Shown here piece after piece: positions 12,201-27,200 of a DNA stretch of 64,000 nucleotides (positions are counted from its first letter, which is position 1; every line of letters starts with the position of its first letter). A model generated the notes under the pieces. The model was not told the DNA's origin, made no database searches, and saw nothing but the letters and a program-made list of their open reading frames with translations. Origin of the DNA: Eukaryota sp. GEM-RC1 (taxonomy: Eukaryota). The stretch spans positions 1,550,001 through 1,614,000 of the forward strand of contig JAUFOQ010000016.1 in assembly GCA_040285855.1 (NCBI GenBank), read 5' to 3'. The position numbers were made by a program, and so were the translations under genes.

Positions 12201-15200
12201 TCTTGTTGTTAATGGTCCAAATGCTGTAAGAGACGGTAATGATTTAACTCAAGTAGCTAATGGAGTTGACTTTATTCAAGGACGTTTTGGTATCAGAGGA
12301 GCTACAGAGGCATTCACCTATCTAAATCTGTCTTCTTCTGGTACTAAAACAGTTTGGGCTGCGGATCTGATTGCACCTAATTTGTGTATAATCAATGTTC
12401 AAAATGGACAAGTTGTTGGTATCAACGGTGCCACCCTACAGTTACTTGACTATACTAATGTTATTGGAGACTTCATTTTCAATACTGTCATGACTGGACC
12501 CGGGCTTGCTGGCAATGCTTTCCCACGTGTCATCAATAACCATACCTTAGAGTTTAATACTGCTTCTAATAGAAGATCTATGCACTGGGCCTTTGATGTT
12601 AAAATGAACACTGTTAATCGCATTAATGACTTTGAACTAGAGCTTGGAAGAGGAGGAGGTCTCATTCAGTCTAATATTACCCTTTGTCCTACCTGTGTAT
12701 TGGCTTTCCACTCAAACATTCCTTTCCAGAACAGTGGTGTTCAAAGGAGCTACCATCAATTTACTTTTGATTCTGCGATTAGTTGCCCTTCTTGTTATCT
12801 TGATTTCAGATCAAATCCAGCTTGGGTCAAAATTCAAGGTCTTTATGATCTTAGATCAAATCACGTTCAAAATTACGGACGACTCGAGTTTTCTTCTACG
12901 TCACATCATCCGCTCAACAATTTGGTCTTAAGAAACTGTGATGTTCACTTCAACCAAGCAAACTTCTTCAATTTACCATTTGCATCTGACTTCACCTTTA
13001 CAAATCTTGTTCTCAACCATTGTGGCCGATTACAACTCAATAACTACTGCTACAATTTGTATTTCGATTATTTAGATATTTCTGGAGGCTCATTGGATAT
13101 CAGGAATCACGATTTTGTCTTCCACGAACCGATTATCCACATCAAAGAAGGAGGTGCTTTACGCTTGGAAAATCTAGCCAATCCTTGGTCAACTGATGGT
13201 TTTGTCATCGACTATGGGTATCTTGAGTTTAATACTGGTCATCTTGTTACCATGAACTTTATCAACATGTCTATTCCTTCTGCTACTTCCGTTCCCAGAT
13301 GTTGGTCACCATCTACTATGCCTACACCAATAGGATTTGAAATTAAACATCAAGGTTTACGTAGATTCAATTTGTCCGGTGTTCATGGCAGAGACTCTCT
13401 TATTTTAAACAACGACTTCTATTGGTTTGGAGGTTCTGTTGAGATTGCTGAAATTGATGTCATTGATTTGGTTTACTCAACTAACACAGATGATCGGGGT
13501 TTCCACCGGGGTGCCACTATCAATTTTCATGACCTAGGAGTGCTGGGTGGACCAGGAGATGTTTATGTTTCTGATCCTAACTATTGGAATATTCTCCCTG
13601 ATGCTCACGTTAAATTTGTATCGTCTGTAAATTTCATTTCCCAAGATGCTGTTGGAACTCGACTCAGTCATTTAAACAATCAAGGGCATCTTGATTTCCC
13701 CGTCGAGGACATCACAGTCAATCTTGCTTTTAATGTGAGACAAGATGACGTATATACCTCTGCTAAAGGTGTTACTGTTTATTATGATGGATCTTCGACA
13801 TCTACTGGAAATTATTTCCTTGAGCCCAATTCTAGGCTTATGTTAAGGTATTTCAATCATAAATTTGATGAAAGTGTTACCGCTTTAGGAGATGGAAATA
13901 TGCACATGTCTGGATGGAATTATCACTCCAGTGGTCATTGGAGATCTCGTTCCGTTCAATTTGATGGTAGATGGGAAGTATCTACTTTTTTCGATCAAAC
14001 ATCAGGTCACTGGATATTTGGTCCTACTGCTTTCCTTAACTTGACTGATATTATTTTAAGAGATCGTACTCATTTACTTATTGATGGTTCTAGATCTGCT
14101 GCTGGTAATTGGAGTTTTGACCTTATGGATATCTCCACTCACTCGTGGATGCAATTTTCTGATTCTGACGAAGAAATTCTTTCAAAATCTCTCAGAATGA
14201 CTTCAGATGAAAGAGTTCAATTTAAAGATACCTCAAAAGCTGCTGATTTCACGGATGTGGAACTGTACAATGGAGAGGCTGAGTTTTCTACTGGTTGGCC
14301 ATTAAAGTTCAATAATCTTACTATTCATGGTGGCCGTTTGTACTACTCTGATAACATTGAAGTAGATCATTTTATTTGGAATTGTGGTGAAATTGAAGGT
14401 TTTGGACTCGGTACGACTATATCCATCCGACATACTGGTAGTATTGGCTTCTGCTCTAACACCGGTTATCTTGATATTGATCGACAATTGAAGGATATCA
14501 TCGCCGCCTCTAAATTGATCTTCTTACCTGGAAGTCATCTGGAAATTCACACAGGAGCTGGTCTTCCATCCTCTGTCACGTCTAGTAGTAGCTGGGCTTG
14601 GCCTCGTAACCCAAATTACGTGTACTTTAGGGACTCTACCTCTATTGTTGTGCAAGGAACTGCCAGAATGCGAACAGCTTCATTCTTTTCTTTTGATTTA
14701 ACTCCAGTTAACCGTCTTGTCTTTGAAGGTCCTTACACTGAAGCAGTGGAAATCAGTACCAGAAGATTCTATATGCATGTTGTTTTCAACACTCCGTACC
14801 ACCAGTATGCTGGTATCAATATCTATCACCGTTTCCTTGATGTATATTCAGACTATATTGTCCATTCTACTGCAGCTTCAGGGCCTTCTTCAGTTCAGTT
14901 CGATCGTCCACGTTATCATCATAGTAGTCCTTTCCGATATACTTTTCATCAGAACTCTAATTATACTGAAGTTATTGACTGTGAAATGTGTACTCCAACC
15001 TTTTTGGACCTGTTCATCCTGAGATATTTGTCACTGTAAAGCATGTCTTTCTGACGAAACTGTTGTCTTATAACCATGGATCAGTAATTTTCACTGGTCC
15101 AATTGACCTGAGTATTGATTCTATCGTGCTACCCCGTCAAATAGGAACTAATAATGATCCCCATGAGCCCTTACTTCATTTCCATCAACTTGATAATGAT

Positions 15201-18200
15201 TTGGGTTCTGTTCGGGCTTTTGAACTGCGTGATTCTTCTGTTATGAAATTCTCCACTGGCCAAGGACAGGTTACCTTTGATGGAAGAGCCAGGCTTGCTG
15301 GAAATGCTGATATTGTTGGTATAGGAGATAATATTGTCATTAATTCTCCTCTCTCTGAAGATTTATTTGAATGGAGTGGCGGAGGTTTCACAGGCAGCAT
15401 GACTGTCAACATTTACAACAATTTATCTGTTGAAAGTCAAAGTGACAAGAGAATTCGTCAAGGAGCTTCAGTTATTGCTCATTCTGAGGTATATTGGGTT
15501 GGTTCAGGATTCATGAATGGATTTGATGATAGTTCTTTGGTTATTTCTCCTACCGCTGAATTAATTCTCACCACTAATGCTAACTTTGGTTGTAGAACAG
15601 GCTCTTGGGGTTCAATCGATCATCCCTGTGTTTGTAATGCAGAACTTGTGAATGATGGTAGTTTTTCTTTTGAGTTTCCTCACATGAATTCTCGTTTCTG
15701 TTGGGGAATTAAAAATAATGGAGTCATTAACCACCATTCGTTTAACTTGTGGGCTTTCTCTTACCTTTCAGGAAATGGAGACTTTTATCTTACATCTGAT
15801 GCCAGAATTCTATTTGCTTCTTCCACTCAAGACTCTTTATTGGGTCCTAGTTCTAAGGTCATCACTTCAGGAAATATTGATCTTCTGTATGATACTACAG
15901 TTGTAGTTGCTGGATTCTTTTCAACTACTGTTCATGTCACTGTCCAAGAAGGAACTTTAATCTTTGATGATGATGCCTTTTTAGAGTTTCCGTTTGATTT
16001 AACTGTCATTATCGGAAATGCCATTTTTAATGACGTTGAACAAATGGTCCGTCTTGTAAATGTACGTGCTACTCAAGGCAGTGTTATCTTTAATACTGGA
16101 AGGCGAATCAACATAACTAATCTTGAACTTGATGAACGTGGGTTCTCAGGTGGTTCAGATCACGTTTACATTGAGAATTATCTTGATTGGCAAGGAGGTG
16201 GCTTCGGTGAAAATGCGACGATCTTTATCATGAATGAAGCAAAAGCTACTAAAAATGATTTTATGAAGTATATGATGCCCTATTCTCATGTTATTAACAG
16301 GGGAAAGGTTGAATTCAATGGGCCTACTGATTTAGAAGGTACTGACTCCTACTTTACAAATGAATTTGGTGCTGAGTTCTTGGTCACTGGAACTGTTATC
16401 TGGACTTACAGCAATGTTTCTAGTTTCAATTACCTCTACAATTATGGAGTTTTTGAAGTTGTTGCTAATAGATTCATAACACATTATATTTTTGAACATT
16501 ATCCTAGTGGTATTGTTGATCATCTTATGGGAGAACTAATGTTTGCTGCTGGAGGATTCTCTTTGGGTCCTGTTCATTGTAACTGGGGAACACGTATTGG
16601 AGTTGACTACGCTGAATTTGTCTTTAGAAGTGGTGAAAACTCTTTCATTGACGGAAATTCATTCTTCTTCCTAATTCGAAATCCTGCTGGTGTTATACGT
16701 GTCGAAACTCTTTTCTCTCTCAAACAATGTACAATTCAAGACTATGGTACTTTTTATGTTTCAGATAAGGCATTTATCACTGAAGAAGTTGACTTAACTG
16801 TCAGAGGCACATATGTTGTTTTTGAAGACTTTATGAATCCTGATGTTACATTTGACTCTCTTTCTATTGAGAATACTGGAGTTGTTTCCTTAATAACTAA
16901 TTACACCATTAATCTAAGATTCTTACGTTTAGTTGGTGGTTATAGAGGAGGAACCGATCTTCTCTATGTTCGAGAACGTCTTATTTGGAACCAAGGAGGT
17001 TTCATCGATCCTTCTCTGACTATTGCTGAACGGGGTTGTAACATTGATAGCTGGGACTTAAAGGAAGTATTGGATTATGCAAGCGTTATCTTTGAGGATG
17101 ACGTTCACTGGATTCGTGACTCAGAAATCAGAGGTGGTAGAAATGCCAGTCTGATATTTAATAAGGATCTTAAAGTCTATGAAGGTGGTCTTTTTACTCT
17201 CAGTCCTTCATCCTTCCCTCCTTTTGCTTCGTATGTTCATCAGACTCCAGGTGATCTTCCTGTTGTGTATGTCAATCATGGCATGACACTTGTTGGATCT
17301 GGAGAATCCTTTGAATTCAGTTGGGAACTTCAAAATAGAGGAAATATCACTGTGCCTCCAGGATTTGAATTAATGCTTTATAAAGGTGGTTATGATTCAG
17401 TTGCCTCTAGGTTGTTGTCTGAACCCACCTCATATGTTCTGTACGGCGCTCCCTTCCCTTATCATTACAATCCTGATACTTGGTGTTATTATAACCAGTC
17501 CATTATTAGGCTCTTCGACCACGCCAGATCTGAGTATGCTGGGTTTGTTTGCTTTAACAAAGCTGAGATTGGACCCTTTGGAACTATTGTTATTCTTAAG
17601 AATGCTACTATTTGTACTTATTCTTCTCTTTCAGTCGAAGGAACTGAACTTATTATTGAAGGAAGCGCTACGTTCTGTGATTTGACTCTTGCTACTGACT
17701 TCGTTGTCAATCCTGGACAATCCCTCTTCATTTCTTGTTCTCTTACCTGGCTCTCTGGTACTTTGAGCGGGGAAGGTTCTGTTGTAATTCTACCAGAAGC
17801 CTATCTCTATATCCATCCTAAGGACAGTGATGACGATGAGTTCTATCACATTATTGCTGACGATACTCGGATCATTAATCAGGGAGTTGGAACAATCAAT
17901 GCTAATATCACTGGTGGTATTGGAGCAGAGTTCATTAATCATGGACACGTGGACTTGAAGTTTGGCCATTGGCTAAATGATCCTCTTGTTAATTCTTCGT
18001 CAGCCATTAGTACCTTCATTAACTTCAACAGAACTGTCATTACTTACAATGAACCATTACTTTTTGATTGGAATATTTCCCAAATCGCTGGGGAGTTTGT
18101 GATTGCCAAAGGTGAGATCTTCTTTTCAGAGTATTCTACTTTCAGTGGTGCTTTTGAAACTCTTCCAAATACCATTGTTCATGTAGAGAAAGATTTTACT

Positions 18201-21200
18201 TTTAGCGGTGCTAATTTGTATTTGAAGTCTCCTCTTTTATTCCCAAAAGCGCACAGTACTATTTCCTTTTTACAAAGTTCTAATGTTAATTGGGTTGATA
18301 TTGACTTCACATTTGATGTAATTAATGGAACTCTTGTATTTGATTCTGGAACGAATATCACCCAATCACCTAATGAATTCAAACTTAAGTCTGGATTAAT
18401 TGATATTTTCTCAGTAGATTCTTCATTTTCTATTGATAATCTTGTTCAATCAGGTGGTATTGTCCACGTGGACTCATTGACTACTGGTTCATTTATATCA
18501 AGATTAAAACTTGACAGCGGAGAGATTATTTCTAATTCTCCATGGACAATTGCCGCTTCTCAATTAATCGGAGGTATCTTTACTGGATCTGATGTACTTA
18601 CTCTTGCTAGTTCCACTATTACTGCTACTTCTACTGTCAACTGTGATGCCTCAATTAAGTCTCTTTCGGCCACCTTTGTTTCTGGACTAGTTTCCGGTAC
18701 TGATTCCTGTGTGATTGATTCGTACTCTCTTGTAGTTGATACTTTGTCTCAAGTCACTCTTGATGGATGTTCTAGTACCTTTATTAACAATGACACTCTA
18801 CTTGTTGAGAATGGTCAATTGATCTTTCAAATGGATCTCGTCAATCGTGGATCTATCCATGTCCAAAGTTCCTTAAGGTTTGTTATGTGTCAGTTCTCTA
18901 TCGATAAGACAATTTCTACCTCCTCCGATGGTTCCATCGTCATTGATTCTCCTACCACTTTCACTTCTGATTCTCTCATCACTGGAAATGGTACCCTTAC
19001 TTTTGCTGTGGATTCTGTGGTTAATGGAGTTGTCGATTTTGATGGTTGTGTCATCATCAATGTTGGAGTAGATGTTGTATTTTCCGAAGCTACTATTATT
19101 AAAATGAACCTTTGTTCCGTAAAAGGAACTCTTTCACTGAGTGATTCTTCTATTTCTTTACTTAATGTTGTTCATTTAGATGGTGGAAGTATTGTCTTGG
19201 ATGATGCAACCACTGGTTCAGTTGTCAATGTTGAAACTATTTCTTCAGGTGAACTCCAGTTTAAGAATTCTGTCATTGATTTATTAGATGTCCAAGATCT
19301 TCAAGGGGGAACTATTCACTTTGATGAATTGTCCAATGTTCATGTTAATAATTTCACTCAAACTGGAGGCTCTACAGTTGTAGATGGTCAATTCGTTTAC
19401 TTCAACTCATCTCATGTTTTTGTTACTGGTGGTTCTTTTACTTCCGTGTCTGGATTCAACCCAATTAATTCTAAATTCATCATTTCTGGAGACGTCGATT
19501 TTCATCAATTTGTTAAGACATCCACAGAAGTCGATAGTATCACTTTGGAATCTGGTCGCTTTGTGTCCACTACTGATTATGCCCTAAATATTGAAAACCT
19601 TCTCTGGAATGATGGGGTATTTGGTGGAAAATTGGTGGAAGTTGATACAGCTGTGTGGAATGGAGGTGAATTAAATACTTCTTCCATGATTTATGTGGAT
19701 GATATTTTACTTACGAGCTTGGCTGACAAGATTTTTAATGAAGCTGCTAGGATTCAGATCAATAAGACTGGTACCTGGAATATGGGATCAGTTTTTGGTA
19801 ACTCAGAATCTAGAGTTGACCTTCCCTCTCAGTCTAAGTTAGTTCTTGCTGGAACTGAAGGCTGGTACGTTGAAGATGGAGCCTATCCTAAATCAGCTAT
19901 CTACACTCAAGGGGATTTGATCTTTTCAACTCCAGAATCCATTGATATGGAATGGGATATCTTTGGTAAACGAATTGATGTTAATCAAGGTGATGTTGTC
20001 TTTTCTGACAACTTAGTTCTAATCGAAGAAGTCTATCTCAACACTTCAACTACTTCTTATCTATCTGCAAAGATGAATGTCTCTGAATATATTGGGGGAT
20101 GTGGTGATATCGTCATCAATGATCCCAATTCAGTGGTTGCTTTCAATGGCAAAGTTGACCTATGTGGAACTCTCTACATGAAGGATGGTCTCTTGGATTT
20201 ACGTTTGTCTGATATCCAGAACATTACAATTGACTATACTGGAGGAACTATTCTGTTCAGGGAAGACATTGAAGGTCAGGACATCAATTTGCCTCAAGTA
20301 CAAACTCCATTAGATATTACTCAAACTAAAGCCAAACTGGTGAACATTGGAATTTGTAATTCAACTATTAATGTATTGACATCTAATATTTCTAAATTTG
20401 TTGTTTCCGAAATGCACAAGAATTGCAAGATTAATTTCCTTCCTGATTCTATTGTTGGAGAACTCATTATTAAAGATTTGTACGACGGGGAGTTGAATAT
20501 CAAAGACGGGTCGGATATCAAAATTGATCAAATCACTCAACACGATGGTGTAGTCACTGTTGAAGAAGGAAGTTCTCCTTCCTTTAATGATGCTATTATT
20601 GTTATTAATGATGGAAAATTCATTCTTGAGGAAGGTTCCGATGCCAAGTTCATTGATGTTGTCACTGAGATGACTGGTGGAGATTTAATTATTGAAGAAG
20701 GAGGAATCCAGAATTGTCCTCACTGGGAATCTTTGAAACTTTCTGGAGACTCATCTGTTCACATTCAAGACGATAGTTGCATATCCTTTATAGATGACTT
20801 TTTCATGGAAAATGAGTCTAAAATCAAATCTGATGGACTTATCCATACTGATAACTATGTGTTTAATGGAGGAAATATTGCTCCCGATACTGTCATCCAT
20901 GTCATTGATGAGTTCATCAGTGAAACCAATGAACCAAAGTCAATAGACTCCAACTCAGTTCTTTTCATCAACAATACTGGTTCTATTTCTTTAGATTCTG
21001 GGTCTAATGTCGACTTCACCTTCAATAATTCCCAAATTGTAGTAGAACATTCTGCTTCTTTAAACATTTCTTCAACAAATGGCAATACTGTTACTTTCAA
21101 GAAAACGTGTTCTCCTTGTGACAAAACTTCAGGGTTCATCAATGAAGGAATCATCCGTGTTGATTCCAATGAAAAGATTGTGTTTGAATCTGATCTTTAT

Positions 21201-24200
21201 TCTTCCAATGAACTGGTATTCGATCGTGGAGATGTTCATCTTAAAGGCGACTCTCTTTTAGATGGTTTGGTTAAAGTCAACGATCACACAACTGTTACTG
21301 TTGACGGAACTCTTTTACAACCAGACTCTGGAACTCTCTTAATTAATCCTGATGGCTCAAATAGCAAGGTTGTTTTTGTAGGAACATCTAACGAACTACA
21401 AGGAGATGTTCACTGTTCTCCAGATGATGTTTGCATTGAAGTCTCCTCTGGTCACTTGTCTCTTTCTCCTTTTCTTAATTCTTCCTACCTCAATGTTGAA
21501 GTAACTAATGACGGTGTTTTATCTCATGAGGGTTATATCAATCAATTGGTTTGTGACGTTGTTGAAGGTTCTCTTGATTTTGAACAGGGTTCAGTAATTG
21601 ATCATATTCAGAAATGTACTATCAAAGGATCCTTCACTCATAAGGGCGGTTCAAAAACTCACAAAATTTCAACTATCAATATTGATTCTGGTAACTATAC
21701 ACTTCTTGCTAACAGTGAAGTCTTCTCTGCTGACTCACACTTTAATATTGAGAACTCTGGTTCTATGCTTGTTACTACCGGAACTAAATTAGATCTTCAA
21801 GACGCTGTTTTCGACCTTGAATCTGGACAGGTTTTATTCCAAGTTGATAGTACTTCGACAATTCCTACATTCAGTGACGTTACAATTACTGGGGGAGAGT
21901 TTCAGATTAACTTAACTGAAGATGTTCCCATTACTGACTTAACGCTAGATGGTAGCACTGCTTCCAGAACTGGTTCTTCTCGAATTGATGTTACCAATGA
22001 ATTTGTGTTTACCAATGGAGCATTGTCTGGTCCTGGAACCACTTTTTCGCACAATAATGCTGTTATTAATTCATGTTCTGAACAACATATCTCTAATAAC
22101 CATTCTCTTATTATTGATAATCAAGCAGCGTTCACTCGTTGTAATGTTTTAGGATACGACAATGGATTGATTCATGTTTTAGAAAATACTGAAGTTACTA
22201 TTTCTGGCCAGTGTCATATTCTACGTAAGGCCGATGACACATCGTCATTGAGAATTCTGAATGAAGGAATTCTTAATGTTGATCACAATGATGTTATCTT
22301 TGGCTGGTTCTTTGATAATCAGCACAACCTTGTTATTACTGATGACGGTCGCTTAACTCTGTCTGGAACTGCCACTAATAACCATTCATTCTCTACTTCT
22401 GGAATCCTTCATGTAACTTCTGAAGTTACTTCAACTGACATTGCTACTTTATATGGTTCAGGCGAAATTCTACTTGATGATTCTGATTCTCTACTGAATG
22501 TTTTCGGCCATTATAACGTTTCAGGAAAGTTGACTGTCAATGACGAATCAGCCACTGCTGATTTCAAGGATCAGTCTCACTCTAACGTTGTAAACGTTGA
22601 CGCCAAAAACGGTTTTGTTAAATTTGTTGACTCTTCATGGATTGATCGTCTCCACGGTTCAGTGTCTGGCGGTAATCTCCAGATCCTTGACTCTTCCACA
22701 GTGTCACTTGTTGATTACTTAACTCTCAATGGAGGTCTAATTGAATCTTCCACTACGGACTTTGTCTCTTTTGAAAAGTCTTTATTAACTGTTGATAGTG
22801 GTGTATTCATTGCAACCTCTCATTCAAATTCAATCTTCAGTGATACCATTGCTGTTGTCAATGGTGGTGAGTTCCAGTTACATGATGTTGACCAATACAT
22901 TCCCCACTTTGAGCACGTCACACTTAATGGAGGACTTTTTAATATTTCTATTGATAACGAACAGACTAAAGCCGTGGTTTTTGATGATCTTCTGTTACAT
23001 GGCGGTAAGAGAACGGGAGACCGCACGTTAAATGTTTCCAATTCCTTTGAATGGAAATCTGGTACCCTTGATTCTGACTCAGTAACACACTCTCTTGTGA
23101 ATACTTTTATCCGTGATGACAAACAGAAGCTCTTGACCAATTCTCACACTCTGTCTCTCTTCAATTACACTGTGTTCTCAGCGGGAACTCTCATTGCTGA
23201 TGAAAATACCTTGATCTACCACAATCCTGATTCATTGTTTTTGATTGATGGTAAAGGTGTAATAGAAACTACGGCAACTTCATCTCTTCCAGTTCTTTTT
23301 AATTCTGAATCATCTGTTATTCAAAAAGTAGGATGTGATGTATTTGAGTTGGATATTGTCCTTCAGAATGAAGGTACGGTTCTCTTATCAGATGCAACTT
23401 CTTGCTCTCCCACGAATGTTCTCAAAGTTGGAACTAATTCATGGTCTTCTGGATCTATAATCTTGAAGGATAATTCTGAAATTTCTTTCACTGGAACATT
23501 TTCTGTTAATGAATCTTCATTGGTATCAGGGTCTTCCGAGAGTTACTTCACTCTTTCTGAATCGTCTTCATTTGTAATAATCTCTGGTGTGTTCAATCAT
23601 TCTGGTGATACCTTTATTTCGGACACAGCTGATGGTTCTCGTCTGGAGATCACTGATTTAGCTGTTATCAATGAAATGAATCTTGCTATTGTGGGTGATG
23701 GAAATGTCGAATTCCTAGAAGACTCTTTTGTACCTCTTGTGTCGATTTCTCGTATGGAAGACGGTCACGTCAACTTCCACAATCAATCAACAGTGCTACA
23801 TCTTAAATCAGTTAACATGGAAGGTGGAATTGTTGATGTTCTTCATGGTTCATTTATTTCCTTATCCCAATCCGACGTTCTTCTTGAAGGAGGTCAGTTG
23901 ACTCTCCACTCTGGTGCTATTTCAGGTGTTACAAACTCTACATTCACCCTTCTTGGAGGTACTGTTCATATCCAGGATAACTCTCTTGCCACTGATCCTA
24001 TCTTTGCTTCTGCTTTGATTCGTGATGGAGAACTTCGACTGGACTCACAGGAGCCGATGTATGTTGCTACTCTAACTGTTGAAGGCGGCAAGCGTTCTGG
24101 AACTGGTATTCTTGAAGTAACTGATCAACTTATTTGGAGAGGTGGACAATTTGTTGAAGAAGGTATTACTAGAAATATGAGACTTATGAATGTCGACGGT

Positions 24201-27200
24201 GTTTCCGTCATGACCATTGACCTCGGACATGTTCTTGAAAACTATGGTAATGTATCCTTGCTTGCTGGTACTTTGCTTGCTGGCAGTAACACGGCTGTCA
24301 TCAACCAACCTGGTTCTATCTTTACAATTGGAGGTCAAGGAGAATTGAATTCAACTGCTTTTGGAGATGAACTTCCCATCTTTAAGAATCTAGGAACATT
24401 CATTAAAGGTTCTACCAATGAGACTTTTGAGTTTTTGCTGGCTCTTCAGAATTATGATTATGTTTTAGTTGAAAATGGAACGTTATCTGTTGGAACTGAC
24501 TCTTATTCAGATGGAATTATTCAAATTAATGATGGTTGTACATTTGAACTAACTGGTAAATTCGAATTTTTGAATTCCTCTCTTGTCCGTAACTCTCCTG
24601 GAACTATTCATGTATCTATGCCAGAATCTGACATCACCATTGACGGTGTTTTTGATCATTCTGGTGTTATGAAAGTTGATGGAGGAGTTGTTACTTTTGT
24701 TCCTCAGTTATCTGTTGAAACTGCTTCAATTGTACAGTCTGATGGTATAATTCATCTCAACGGGTTAGTTTATGCTCTATCATTCACTTCTTCTGGTGGT
24801 TTAGTCAATTTACTACACAATTTAACCGTCCTTGATTTCTATCATCTTTCGGTTTCTGATTCTGGAGAAGTCGTGGTACATCATCATTCCAATGTCTCCT
24901 TTACTCCTTCTTCTTGGAGTATTGCTGGAGGATCTGTCTTCTTTGATGGTAACGCCTTGTTAGCTTTGAATAATGTATCTGCCACAATCACTGGAGGTCA
25001 TGTATTGTTTGACGAAATCAACTCAACTCCTACTCATCACTTCAGGGAACTAATCATTTGTGGTGGAGTATTTGAGCTCAATCACAATCACTCTTTGACT
25101 GTTGATCTCTTCCATCTCTGTGGTGGAACTAGATGTGGAACAGGAAACATTGATGTTGTTACTCAATTTATTTGGTCTGAAGGTGTCCTCACTGACCCTG
25201 GTTCTACCACTCTCTTTGCTCCTTCTATCTTCCGTGATGACTCTCCAAAGTCTCTGGTTAATGGTCACAGCTTAATTAATCACGATAACCTTGAGATTAT
25301 TGATACTTCTCTTATGCTTGTTAATGGTTCTCAACTACTTAATAATGCTTCTGGTGTGATTTTGTTTACCAATCACAGTTCTCTTGTAGGTGAGATTAAT
25401 TCATTGTCAGATCCCTCAGTAATTAACAAGGGAACTATTATTGTTTCTGAAGCTTCTACTGGTGTAATTTCTTCTGATTTCTTTAACTTTAATTACATTG
25501 AAGTAAGTGATTCTTCCACTCTTGATATTGGTGGTATCTCCTCTTTCTCTCACGGTTCGATCAATATTTCTGGTGATTCAGTAATCAAAGTCCACGGATC
25601 TTTCAACTTCCACGATAAAGGAGAAGTAGAAGGTTCAGGACGTCTTGTTGTCTACTCTAAAACAGGCAACGTCACTCTTCAAACTGATCTTTCCCCCTTC
25701 ACTTCTCTTTCTGTCATTGATGAAGGTCTTTTAGTCCTCTCTGGCTCTTCCAAGTGTGAGTTCAATCATGGTGACGTCACTGTTTCTAATGCTACATTAG
25801 TCGTTGAACAATGCAATCTTTCAGACATTCTGATCTCTACTTTCAATCAAGGAATTGCTGTTCTTAATGGATCTTCTAAACTAGTCAATATGGACTTAAA
25901 CATTGATAGTGGATCCCTTTCTGTTTTTGACCCTGTTACAATCACTCTCAATGGTTCATCATGGATTATTGGTCCGGAGGATGGTACTGTAGTCTTTTAC
26001 CCAGATTCTCTTTTGACTGGCTCACTTGTTTCTCTACAGTTACTTAATGATTCTTTGTTGGTGCTTTCTAACAATGTTTCTTCTGATTTTGTTGTGACTA
26101 CTTTGGAGTTTGATGGGGGTCACTTGTCCTATCTGGATTTGACTACCACTCTTCCAATTAGAACCTTGACTTCTAGCAGTGGATTGATGTCTGGTGATGG
26201 TACAATCGTTGTGACTGACGATATTTTTCTCACCAATTTGAATGTTTCAGATTTATCTTCTCTTATCTTCAACTCATCTTCTACTTGTAACCTACTCAGT
26301 GGTTCATTGTCCCTTGTTAACACTTCAGTCCATTTCAATTGTCAAGGAGTTGTTTCATCAATGACTTTGGACTCTGTAGACTCTTCTATTACTGAGGGTT
26401 CTGATCTTCTTTCGTTCTCAAACTCCACTATCATTGGAGATGACGTTTCCAGTCTTCTCTTTAATCAGAACACTGTATTCTCTGGATCAAATGATGTTTC
26501 AATCAGTACCAATTTTAATGGATATTCTACAATTTCCCCTGAATCAATACTCAACCTTTGGGCTTCCTCCGCTGTCAGTCCTTCATCAGCTGTTCTTGTC
26601 AATGGCAGCGTCCTCACTCATGAATCAGCTTCAACTAGAATTGATGGAACTGTTGATTGTTCCTCTTCTCCTTGTTTGGTCAATTATGGACAGTTGGTGA
26701 TGTCACCCACGTCAATCAATCAAAATGTTTCGATTTTGTCAAAGAATGGAACAACTTATCTTTCCCATAATGCTACCTTTGTAAGCTCCACACGTGTTTC
26801 TTCAACTGGAGGAAGTGTTTTCATCAATTCTACTATTCCTGACCTTCACTTGATCTCTGTTAGCGGAGGGAATATATCTATTTCATCATCAATCAAACAA
26901 CTTTCCGTTTCAAAAGGCACTGGTGGAGATGTTGTCTTTACTTCTGATTCTGCAGTTCATTCAATTCCAAATGTATTTGAAATTTCGGATACAATTTCAG
27001 TCACTTTTGAGTCCAATTCCTTTGTCAATCCTTCTGGTGTGTTACTCAACATCACTGGAGGAAGTCTTTTCATTAGTGACAACGTGACTGTTGATTGTAA
27101 TTTGTCATTAAAGTGTTATGTCGCTGTTTCCAATGGCTTATTTGTCTCCAAAACTCATCTCAATTTCCACGATGTTTTTGTTTCTGGTGGTGTCTTTGAA

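Noticed and set aside
14971..15023. A 53-nt GT-AG intron that would repair frame break 1
   Set aside because: The donor GTTATT is unlike the supported GTATGG, and splicing would delete the CxxC segment that has a counterpart (CPSC) in an earlier module. Not formally excluded.
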